Of a stretch of 64,000 bases of DNA, positions 37,454 to 48,881 are shown piece by piece. Every line of letters starts with the position of its first letter. Position 1 is the first letter of the stretch. A model generated the notes under the pieces. The model worked only from the letters and a program-made list of their open reading frames with translations, made no database searches and was not told the DNA's origin. The DNA lies in the NCBI GenBank assembly GCA_038496445.1, contig JALMLS010000064.1, positions 248,001 through 312,000 on the forward strand, written 5' to 3'. Source of the stretch: Trichosphaerium sp. ATCC 40318. Taxonomy: Eukaryota; Protista; Tubulinea. The position numbers and the translations under genes are program-made.

Positions 37454-39335
37454 ATGGCCAGCACAACACCCTTGACTATTCTGTTTTTGTTTTCGTTCCT
37501 TGTACTAGATTCACGTGCTCAAATTTTCTTTGGTGGTGTTGGGGTATCATTCATCCCATATGGCTCATCTAGTGGCATTGGTACGGTTTTTGTTTATCTG
37601 CCACACGTGACAACGGGTTTTCATCCAATATTGTATTTGTTTAATTAATAATAACGTAGATGTAAGGCCTGACCTTACAATAACGTCTGTAGCAGCGTAC
37701 GAAAACAAATATTGTCCATTTAACGTCAAATGGCAATAGAGCCAGGTTGACCATACAACGGTTATTGGGCTAGTTTTAGGGCGAAAAAACGTGATTGACT
37801 AAGTCAACTAAAACGCACAATATCTACCCCCTTTTTTTTTTTCACCGACATCTGGTAGTTTGTCTAACTGGTAATATCATATAGGCATGAACCTGCAAAT
37901 AATAGAGTGTATTTCACGGATGGCACAAATGAAATCTTTAGTTACCCCTTTTTAGTACTGCCAGCTGGTGTTGTACGTTGTATTAAAACGTGAGAAATTA
38001 GTATTTACGGTAGATTTAGACAACGGTTTGTGTAGCTGAAGGGAATATTGGTGGTATTGATTTTGTCCCCGACAAGTACAGCGCAAAAACTTATAATTTG
38101 TTTCAGTGGCCTTTGTTACTAACATTATCTTTCCAGCTTCATTTTTTATACACGTAATGACTTCGCAGTAAGTACCATTCAAAGAGCGGAATTACTTCCT
38201 CCGCCCACTGGTTGCATCAAACAATCGATATGTACCATACCATTTCCAAACGCAGGATCTAGTACGTATTCCTTCTTTATTCTTAAAAATTGCCAACTAT
38301 TTACTAACATCATTGAAGTCACATTATTCGATGACCGTCTGTTTATTATACTCCCGTCAGCCTCAAGTATGACCATGTATTTCTTTGAGTACCCGTTAGG
38401 CCAAGGTGATCCTTGTGTTCAGGTTAGAAGCGTAACTTTGGCTTGTACTGCAACAGGTAAGCACAGTCTTTGTACTCGTATTTGAATTGCTTATGCTTTT
38501 ATTACACACAGACTTGACAAAACTCTCACAAAATCGCGTGGGTATACTTTGTGATGATGGCACTTTTAGAACATTTAATGTGGAAACGAATACAATGGAT
38601 GAAGATAGAGACTATGTGATGATACCACCAACTGAAAATGTTAACTCTGTTGATATTATTTTTCCAAGAGGAGAACAACAAAGACTGGATATCATTGAAA
38701 TCGGAAGAGATATTCGTAACAACTCTCCAAATCTTGAGAAGAAATTCAAGGTTGTACTCTTTTAAAGCAACAATAAAGCTGTATTCGGGAATACCACAAC
38801 AACGCAAATTGAAAGTTGTTGATTTTATTTCAGAAATAAATGGTTTTAGAACAAGAGTGCTTACAAGCAGCGTAATACTCTACGAACTAGAATTTATGTA
38901 TTGTATGTGTACCTGTCAATACTCTAACTTTAGAATTTGGTGTTTGTTCAAGATAGTATGTACTACGGCCCAAAGTTCTTTCAAGAACGTATTGTCAAGA
39001 ATGTCAACAAAAAGGTGATTGAGTCGTTGTGGACATTCGAACTTGTCAGAAGTTTAACCACTTATATGTTTGATCAATTTAGTGATTAGTTCCTGAGATG
39101 TTGTTAGACAAGCTCGGACTGCATGCTACCAGGTGTATGTTTTAACACCAAAGTTGATATATTGTATATTGCAGCAGTTATTGTCACACAAATCCGACAT
39201 TTGAGCACCAGAGATTGAGGGTTAAATGAGCATTTCACTACTATTGCTAGTACCAGTTTTTGTCATTCATATGCATTTTTCGAATACACAAAGAAGGTAT
39301 TTCGCAAAGTGATAATGCCACTTCCTCGTGAGTAA
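37454..39335 (+). CDS. Hypothetical secreted multi-exon protein; 3' end approximate
   Basis: Signal peptide MASTTPLTILFLFSFLVLDSRA and successive GT-AG-bounded exons; no family recognised. Confidence 0.5.
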
Positions 39336-39835
39336 CATTGGCTTGTTTTTTATTTGTTTGAAGCGCTTTTGATAACAATAAAATTGTGGTTACGGTTCTT
39401 TAGCTTTCTGTATCTATACATCAATAATTAGAGCGTATTGACAGTTTATTCTTTTATTTTTATTTTTTGATATTTAGTGGAAAACTGGTAAATTTTTACA
39501 CATCACCGTCAGAATATACCAAGAATTATCTTGTAAGAACAGGCATACAGCAATATTATTCTACAGTGTCGCTTAAGCATAGATACTTGTAATGTTAGAA
39601 TCAAAAAAAACAAGTAACGAGCAAAGTTCTACATTGTAATGTGTTTCACATTGTGACTTATACATCAATCTATGGCTCTCTACATCCTCAAAAACGCTAT
39701 AAAAACAACCATTGAGAGCCAGCTACGAATATCTAAGAGCGAAAAGAACTAAACCTGTCTTGAAACGACAGTTTGGAAGAAAAAAAGCAAAGAACAAATG
39801 AAATTGCATTGAAACATTTTTATTAATGCGGTACA

Positions 39836-40534
39836 TTAATCTTTTTGAAATGTATTGCCAGAAGCGCCTCCAGTGATGAGGTTGCATGATGTCATGAAGA
39901 ACAAATTACATATTTTGTTGTAGTAGCTTGTAAAGTAATGACATCTATCATCTTCATTGCAAAGCTCTTGACATTGTGCTTGTGATATGGTCTTATCAGC
40001 AGGGAATGTACACTCGCCAGGTCCGCCAACCCAATTGCAACTTTTGACAGTACTGTTTTTGTAGTATCCATCACAGTAAACGAACTCACCGCCTGCCATA
40101 TCCTTACGACATCCTTGACAAGTCTTCTTTGAGTTTGAAGCTAAAGGTGTGTATGTAGGTTGAGGTACTTTCTCGTATGTATCTCCTGAAGCACCGCTTG
40201 AGATGATTTTACAAGATTCCATAAAAAACAAGTTGCAAATGCTGTTGTAATAGTTGGTGTAATAGTGGCATCTAGAGTCACCATCGCAGAGTGCTTGACA
40301 TTCTTGTTTTGTAACCTTCTTGTCTGCTGGGAATGTACATGGTCCTGGACCGCCTGTCCAACTGCAGTTGGTTATGGTAGACCCGGAGTAGTGACCATTA
40401 CAGTACACAAATTTCCCAGCAAACATGTCCTTACGACAACCTTGGCAAGTTTTCTTTGCATTGGTAGCGAGAGGGATGTAAGTATTTGCGTAAGCAATAG
40501 CAATGAGCGCTAGTAAAACGATGCAAGTATTCAT
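39836..40534 (-). CDS. Secreted Cys-rich protein with two tandem 10-Cys PAN/apple-like domains, intronless
   Basis: Signal peptide; two ~105-aa repeats each with CxxLCxxDxRCHY(Y/F)T...CNLF. Confidence 0.88.
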   Translation of the reverse strand: MNTCIVLLALIAIAYANTYIPLATNAKKTCQGCRKDMFAGKFVYCNGHYSGSTITNCSWTGGPGPCTFPADKKVTKQECQALCDGDSRCHYYTNYYNSICNLFFMESCKIISSGASGDTYEKVPQPTYTPLASNSKKTCQGCRKDMAGGEFVYCDGYYKNSTVKSCNWVGGPGECTFPADKTISQAQCQELCNEDDRCHYFTSYYNKICNLFFMTSCNLITGGASGNTFQKD

Positions 40535-40995
40535 TTGGAGTTGAGAGCAGTTGCGATTGAGAGGTTGTGTAGTTTAAATTGAATGAAAAGTGCTTTTAAA
40601 ATAGAATTTGGCTTTTGGTAACCAAAAGCTTGTAGTGGCTTTTTTAGAAAAAAGCCAACTTGTATTTTAAAAATACTGTAATCTTGGCTTTATTTATGTG
40701 CGTGATAAAAGCTGTTTAGCTTGTGTGTACCCGAAAAAGCTATTTTCTGCCAAAAAATAAAAATAGATTGAAGTTCCTAAAATGACAATAACTATGCCTC
40801 ACGCTATCAATATGCGGTATACGTACGCCGAATTGATACGTACGCTATTACTTCGTACAAATATTGTTGTACCAATGTAAAAAGGAAGAAGCTAAGACCT
40901 TAAACGCAACTTATGACCAAAACAAGCTCAAACCGCATCGAGGAGACTCTGGTACTTAGTTACAAAGTCTACTATTCATCATTGCTACATACGAC

Positions 40996-42679
40996 TCAAA
41001 TACGCTCAAATTGAACTGAAAGAATCCACGAAACTGTTGTCAGTAAGAGCAGAAGAAAAGCACTCAACCAGATCCATAAAAACCACATTCCAAAACAGGA
41101 CTGCAAAAACATGTTCAACTTTTTTTTTTATTTCTACACTTGCCCTCGTTACTTTTTATTAAGAAAACAAAGACGACGTTTCCCTCAGCAACAGACTTTA
41201 AGAAAAAAGTATCAATAGTCAGTAATTTGAAGAACAACAAAAAAAAAAATTTCTACAAAATGTGTTGGACGTACTGTTGTTCCGATTTCTTCCTACCAAA
41301 GGTTGATTCAATATCAGAAAACCTCCATTCATGTTGTGGATACATCATTGATAAGTATTTATGCCAATTTTGGTTACCAACAGCACCACCACCATGTTGA
41401 TAAATCTGAGTTTGCGAAACAGTATACCAATCATCAAGATGGCTTAAACGAAGGGAACCCTCCAACCCTTTAATTATAACGTTAAAAATAAAGCAAAGCA
41501 TTAAAATAACAAACATACTTGTTAAGAACTCGATAACACGCTTTGGATCATTCCAATACGAATGTGGCATCCGACTACGGAATCATTTTAGCTCATGATA
41601 ACAAAGCCAAAAAAAAAAAAAAAAAAACTGATATAACATTTGCTCTACAACGAGCAACCAAATCTAAAATCAAGTACATACACTTAAACGAAAAACAATA
41701 AAATCACAGTTATTGATACGAAACAAACGAGCAAACTTGGATGTAAACTTCAAAATCAATGATTTCAAAAAAATAAAATGACTAAAAAAACAATTCGTAC
41801 TGCAATTTTCCAATGTCCCAGTTGTGCTTAGGGTACACTTTATTCACTGCCCTCCAAATAGATCCATTATACTCCCTTATATATTTTTAGAATATCGCCA
41901 ATAGGTACTATTGTTATGTACCCTACTAACAGTCCAGAGCCGCCAGCTCTTTCAGCTTTAACCCATGTAACATTATACCAATCATCCAAGTGTTTCATGT
42001 TCATTTTTTCCGCCATAGCATCTAGTTTATTCCTTTGATTGTTCATATCATTCCAGTAATAGCGAGGCGCTCGTCTATTATTCATGTTAGAAAACAAACA
42101 CTTGGCAAAGTAAAAAATGACTACAAAATATCTAGACACTCACGTGAAGTCAAAAGGTTCCCAATTGTGCTTAGGAAACATATGTTGTAAGGCCTTAGAT
42201 ATACACCCTGAATACCTTGGAATAATTATCAACAAGAAATAATACAAATGATACATTTCGAAACACAGACGTTGCAAATCAATTTCAACAAAAAACAAAC
42301 AACAAAAAAATGACAAAATATTGACGACATACCTGTTCATTACTGATCCACCACCATGTTCGAATACTTTGACAACTGAACCAATAAGGTACCAGTCATC
42401 GAGAACTTTGACATTTAATTTTTCAGCAATTTCGTTAAACAACTCACGTTGTCTGTTAAGTGGGTTCCAAAAGTATTTGCCTGGAAATGGTTTTGGTCCT
42501 CTCTCAGCTGGTTGCCATGCGACCTTGCCAGGGAATTCTACACGTGTTTTATTTTGCAAAACTCGCCACCTTCCACCTCCTAAATGCGTATGAGGTCTCA
42601 TAGTACTATAATGTAACACATGCGCGTGGACAACGCCACGGAAGCTAAATAGAACACGCACGTAGTTTTGACATGTCAT
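40996..42679 (-). CDS. Protein of three 'W-x-D/N...LDDWY...GG...W' repeats, possible mitochondrial presequence; 3' end uncertain
   Basis: FWNPLNRQRELFNEIAEKLNVKVLDDWY, YWNDMNNQRNKLDAMAEKMNMKHLDDWY and YWNDPKRV...LSHLDDWY, each followed by GG and P.H.W. Confidence 0.7.
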
Positions 42680-43261
42680 TATGCCTAAAACACTATTTTA
42701 TTGCCACCACAACGGTGATATAACGTTATGTACTCTTATTATACACGTATTAAAGCCAAACAACCTCTTAATTTATTACAATGTAACGTGAAAATCGTTA
42801 AAACACGTTCTACACACCTTCTCTGGTTAACTAAACAGCTGTGTTGATAAAGAACACGATTGAAACAGTCAACAAACTTAAAACCAGCTTTTTTTTTGGT
42901 ATTTTGTGTTTAATTTTACAATGTTTTTTACGCTGGCGTTCATCAACTGTGTATAAGTTCCAATGAAGCCCAAAAGCTTCGCGTCAATGTCAATTATTTA
43001 AGAGTGTTCGCATGTGTCAGCCTTGAGATAGAAAGCCTGCTACGTAGTGTGTTTCGCGTACTTAGGCGTTTGGTGCGTGTTGTCTGTACAAAAAAGGTGG
43101 ATGGCACTTGCCAAGAAATTAAGCGTTGTGGAGTTTTCTAAACAAAAGAATCAGTATCAAAACTGGTGACACGTAAAAGAAAAGGGTTTCCAAATACAGC
43201 CCATGCGCATTTCAATACTGCACAAGTGCGTTGGATAAACAGTAGTAAAAAAAAGTAAAAT

Positions 43262-43380
43262 GAATACAGCACCCTACGTTCCCTGGTCCTCACGGACCCA
43301 AGTACTGGCAGGGCCATACCATGCTTATCTTCGCGGTTCGGAAAGAGACACGGAGTTTTCATGGTTGTATGGCCGTATCC
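43262..43380 (-). rRNA. 5S rRNA (single dispersed copy)
   Basis: GGATACGGCCATAC...CCGAACCGCGAAGATAAGC...AGTACTTGGGTCCGTGAGGACCAGGGAA...GTGCTGTATTC; 119 nt, helix I GGATACGGC/GCTGTATTC, followed by TTTT. Confidence 0.95.
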
Positions 43381-43537
43381 ATTAGTGAAAGCAAGATTTT
43401 TGAAAGTGGTTCGATTTAACAAAACCCGAAAAGACAGTTTCCGGTAAGGAAACGAAGTTTGGAAGTGACTTATTTTTCGTTCTATTTTGGTGTCTACGTC
43501 ATTGAAAATATCGTACCACTCCTTGTTTTCCGTTCGT

Positions 43538-46088
43538 TTACTTTACAATAATATCAAGCAATTCGTCAGCTTCCTTAACTTTAAACCTATTCGCAGCGTT
43601 ACTAATCAAGTAGCTACACCTCTTAGATTTTAATTCAGTCTTGATTTCACCTATAAGAAATCAAACGCATTAGACAACCGCTGACATCAATAATAGAGTA
43701 TTTCTAGTACCATTAGATGCTAGATTACATAAAGTACCACAAGCACCAGTCTGAAGATCAGGATTATTCGGGTAACGTTCCATGGCGCTTAATATTAAGT
43801 CTATACCACCTTTACGTGCGATCTTAACGTATACTTTATCTATAAACAATGTTAGGTTGAAGCTACGTAGACGACATTTGGATGGAATAGGAGATTTACG
43901 GGTAAATACCTTTTGCATCAAGATTCTCCAGTACACCAACAGCTTTACGCTGCAATGTTAGGTTGGTTGGGTATCGACGCATAGAAACCAAAATAAGTTC
44001 CAAACCCCTCTCGCCAAGAGTAGTTACAATCTTTGGTTCTATATATGCCAAGTTCCAAAGAGTAGCGCAAGCATTTACCTTGAAATAAAATTTAGTTGAA
44101 GAACAAAAAACAGCGCGTAGTCAGTGATGAGTAGTGGGAGATTGTGAAAATTTTTCGAAAATAGAAAAGAGTATTACCTGAAGCTCTAAACAGTCAGGAA
44201 ACAGCTCCATTGCATTAAGAATTTGCCTCAAATCTTTCTTTTGGTCAACTACAAGATCACACATTTCATCTAACTCTTTTTAGTTTCTGATAACGTTAGC
44301 TCTAAAAGGGTATACCTTTATACGTAAGACTCCATAGAACACCACAAGAATGTATTTGAATAACAAGAACATTAGAAAACGTTTCCATAGCTTCGATTAT
44401 AAGCTCAATACCGTTTTCCTCAGCGATAGTATTACAATTTTCAACTAGCAAAAAATAAGCATAAAAACGCGTAGTCAAAAAACTAAAAAAACTAGTTTTT
44501 AGTAAGTACCGTTTTGAGATAATATTGACAGCGCCTTGACACATTCTATGATAATCTCCTTTGACGTATATTTATATTTATCCATCAAGTCCATAATCCA
44601 TGAAGTCCCATTCGTTTCTTCAACAATAACAACGTCTTTTTCTGGGTGTTTTCGTCAGAGGTTTCAACTGTTTTGAAACAACTACAAGTTTTCTTTCGTA
44701 CCTGGTAACTCATTCACAGCGAGTTTCTGTAATTCACGTAGCCCTTGTAATTGCAGTGTTTGATTCAAAGGATAAGCCTTCATACTATCTACAATTAAAG
44801 CTCTACGAGCAGTCGCTGATGTTGGTTGTCGCTACGCGTTTGGTAAGAGCAAGAACCAACTTTGATTAAACTACTCACCTGATATAACAAGTCTACAACA
44901 AGCTCCCAATCTGAAATTTGCTATTATCAACTTAATACTTACACCGTACACGTAGACTCTATTACACATACCTTCGCAAACTCAGTAAGACCATAAAATA
45001 ACGCCTCACGTTTGATAGAAGCAAGAACAAGAGGATTTCGAGATAAATCAACTGAGCCATCTCGCAAGTAGTTCAAAATAATACCTAAAAACATGATTAG
45101 AAACTTGAGACGAGTTGTAAATCTCACCAAAGTATTGGCCATCTCTATCAATAAAATAACTCCCGTCATCCTCTTGAGGCACATTAAATCGGCCAGAAAA
45201 CATCGCCCCAAGCATATTATCGGGATACTTTGTTATAGTAGAAAGAGAAGTAGAATACCTACATTCATAGTGATTAATTCGATAATACGTCAGGGAAACA
45301 TGCTCATAACAAGGCAACTAAATGTAGCACAACTAGACTGTAGGTAGATATAACTACTCGCATAGATATTGGTTGTTTACGTACGATTTACCACCAACAT
45401 TGAAACGTATCATTCTGGACTTGTTTACAAAGCTTGTTTCCATACCACCATGTGTCATACTATTCGTTGGGATTGGTTGTTGTCTACGTTGTTTATCACG
45501 TTGCACCCAATCCCGCTTCTCGCGTTGGAGGGAGTCTAAGCCATTTTTAAGAGTTTTTAAACCTGCTGCAAGCTAGAAAACCAATGCGTTAGTATTTTCA
45601 TGCCAGAAATACTTTTTTTTCACTCGAAATTGTACGTAGAACGTCACAATAGAAATTGAAGTTTAAACGGCTTTTTGGAAGGTGGAATTGATAGAATGAG
45701 CCTTTTTTAATCAAGGCGTACCTTGTGAGCAACACTGTTGTATATGGCTTGCTTGTTTTCCATAGTACAGTCCATATCGTCTCGTCTCATGGCTTTGGCT
45801 ACTTCTTCCCAAACCTGCTTAAATTAGTATCCTGTCGCGATTGCGGCCAACATACCTCTGGTTTGGCAAGGTTATCGGGTGACTCAAGTTTATGGAGTAG
45901 TTTGGCAAGATCGGGAGTATTCAACGTGTTATTATAGCTTTGGCTTGAATGAGCGTGTTGCTAGGTACTTTTAACATTTATTGCCTCAAATTAAAATGTG
46001 TAGTTTATAAAAATTCGCGTACTTGGCGCGTTCGCCCACTCTTGCGACCGCTCTTACTGGACGACTTTTCTGTATCCATCAAGTCCAT
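43538..46088 (-). CDS. KCTD-type BTB/POZ + armadillo-repeat protein
   Basis: MIRFNVGG...YSTSLSTITKYPDNMLGAMFSGRF...FIDRDGQYF...ILNYLRDG...REALFYGL; ARM repeats such as GIDLILSAMERYPNNPDLQTGACGTLCNLA. Confidence 0.88.
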
Positions 46089-46419
46089 TGTTAATTCGCG
46101 CGGGCCGTAAAGGGCGTTTTGAGATTATGTGACGTTGTTGTAATTCCAAACTGCTGACGTTACGATGTACTTTTTGGTTTGAACAAAACTTGAGGTGCCT
46201 AACTTAAGGTAGAATTCACGGGTTCGGTTTCTTGAACCTGAGACTACTCTACAAAAAGCAAAAAACTGTCTCAAGGCAGCAAACAGTACACGGAAAAGAA
46301 ACATACACTTCTGAAATCATAACGTGTTCATAAATTAGATAAATAACAGGACAACTACTTGTTCTAAAAGACAGTCAAATGCTTCCTGGATGAGAGCCGC
46401 CTGTGCAAGTGAGGTAACT

Positions 46420-48593
46420 CTAGCTCGATTCTGTTAGGACGGAAGACGAGGAAGACGAGGAAGACGATGAAGACTTGGACGATTTGGAAGACTTCGATGA
46501 CTTGGATGATTTGGATGATTTAGACGACTTGGCTGACTTTGCAGAGCCCTTAGAATCGGACTCGCTACTAGTTCCAGAGTCGCTGTCGTGTTTCTTCTTT
46601 TCTCTGCTCTCGCGAGACAATAAATCTCCTTTCTCATCATCGTTCTAAACAATACTTAGTAAAAGGTGATGTATATGCTATAATACCCCCATAACAGCCG
46701 CTGATAACTAAATAAAAGTTAGTTGTTGAATACCAAAAAAAATGTTTCACGTGCCTTTAACCGCTCGACGCCACTCACAAACTTGCGTTCATCTATTCTT
46801 GATTGTTAGTACACAAATGAAAATTAAATTAGTGCGCGTGCTTTGCATTAATAGAATAATCTCAATGAGCTTGTCCTTGTCCATCTCGTCTAGGGTGTCT
46901 TTGGTCCAATCAAACTTCTTAACCTTATCATCATGGCTCTTTTCGTTCAGCATGGCATCCTAAATTTCGTTATAATGTATCGCTATCACATGTTAAATTA
47001 TATCTACAAACGTACGATATCGCTATCGGATATACTCTTGTCACTGGTATCTTTCGAGCGATTCATTTGACGTTTAGGTTTGTCTTTTTTGCTTTTCTTA
47101 TCTTTTTTATCCTTCTTCTTTTTATCTTTCTTGTCCTTCTTTCCCTTATCCTTCTTCTCTTCTTTTCCTTTCTTCTTTTTATCCTTCTTACCTTTATCCT
47201 TCTTTTCCTTCTTTCCTTTCTTCGACTTTTTGTCCTTCTTCGCTTTCTTGTCTTTCTTTCCTTTATCCTTCTTGCTTTTCTTTGCCTTATCTTTTTTGGA
47301 CTTCTTAAGTTTCTTTTTGTCTTCGACAGATGAACTCGCCGATTCTTCGCTCTGTTGGTCACTATCAGAATCACTATCATCCTTTGATTCCTCTTCTTCA
47401 CTTGACGATTCACCGGAGCGTTGTTTCGCAGTACTCGACTCGGCTTTAGATTTCTCTGGTTTTGGCACTTCAACTCTTTCAGTACCAGACTCAGGATCAC
47501 TCAAATTGCTGTCCTTTTTGCTGATAACTGAAGATGAACTAGCCTTACGCTTGGACCCTTTGCTTTTCTTGCTAGATTCGGACTCAGAGTCTTTGCTCTT
47601 AGAACTACTCTTAGAACTACTTTCTGAGTCCTCTGCTTTTGAGTCATTTTCTTTCGATTTGGATTGCTTCAATTCTTCGGTAGGTTTCTTCTTTTCCTCA
47701 CTAGATTTCTTCTTCTCGTCCTCACTATCTGAAGAACCAGGAATAGAATCACCCTAGTCAATAATAAACAACAGATCTAAAATTGGCCGATCAATAAGAG
47801 CGCCGTACCGAATTCTCTACTACAGCTTCTACAGGCTTCTTTTTGGGTGCTTTTTTGGCTTTTTTTGGTTCAGCTAGCGTGAGTAAGTTAATTTTATACC
47901 ACAGAAATTTAAACATGTAAATTTCGTTGGTTTTAATCTAGAGATTAATCTCAAACAACTCTACAAACAATTCGAATCACGTGACTTTTCAATTACAAAA
48001 AAAACTTTTTTTATCAAAAGTCAGTTTTAGAAACGAATCAAAGTCTTATCATACAATACTAGCAAAAGCGAGAAAGCAAAATAAATGAATTCTGTTATTA
48101 AAGAGAAAAAAATATCCGCAAAAAATCCAACAACAAACTCACCTTCAATCTTCTTAGAAGCGCGTCTGCTGCTTTTAATACCAAAAAACTTTACAATTGA
48201 ATTACTGCGCTTCTTGTCACCAATCTTTGGAGGTACATCATCTTCTGTCGTTGTAGCAACAACAACGCGCTGTGCTTTAGTAGATTTGCGCTTCGTCGAC
48301 TTACGTTTCGTCGATTTGCGTTTAGAGGATGATAGTTTCTTGTTGTCATCAGAGCTAAGCGATTTCGTGAGTACTGGCGGCCTGACCGTGCAGTTAATTT
48401 TACCCCTTTCGATACAAAACAAAAAGTCTTTTTTCATTGGGCACGTGTTGGTGTAACGACAGTTCTACTGTATTGACTACTTACCCACTGGCTGATCTAG
48501 TTTTCTCGCTTGAATTTCGTACTTCTACAGCAGCACTAGCTTTATTTCATGTTAATTAATCGCTTATAGTAGAGAAATAGTTATAGTACCCAT
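46420..48593 (-). CDS. Low-complexity Ser/Lys/Asp/Glu-rich protein
   Basis: Spliced frame M|EVRNSS..SG|PPVLTK...; poly-K KKDK tract and SKS repeats; stop at 46420. Confidence 0.7.
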
Positions 48594-48881
48594 GAGTGGT
48601 CGCTCAGGTGGTTTGGACGGATAAAGACGGTACACATGGTTCAATTGAGTCAAAATTACGATTCACAAAACTCTTTAATGACGGTTTATTGATGCAACTG
48701 TACGTTTTGGCGTAAAATGTACGCTGCAGTAAACCACACTCAGTTGTACCGCTTAGTACAATTTTCTGGGCCTAGTGGTACAGTCACAAATTTTCACGCG
48801 AGGAAATACGCAGACGGACATAAATTTCTACAAAAGCAACCTCCCGTCGTATAGCAAACTCTGCCTCACTCATTCACAGAC

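Noticed and set aside
47067-47757. Long Phe/Leu/Ser-rich plus-strand ORFs resembling membrane proteins
   Set aside because: Antisense of the Lys/Asp-rich low-complexity exon.
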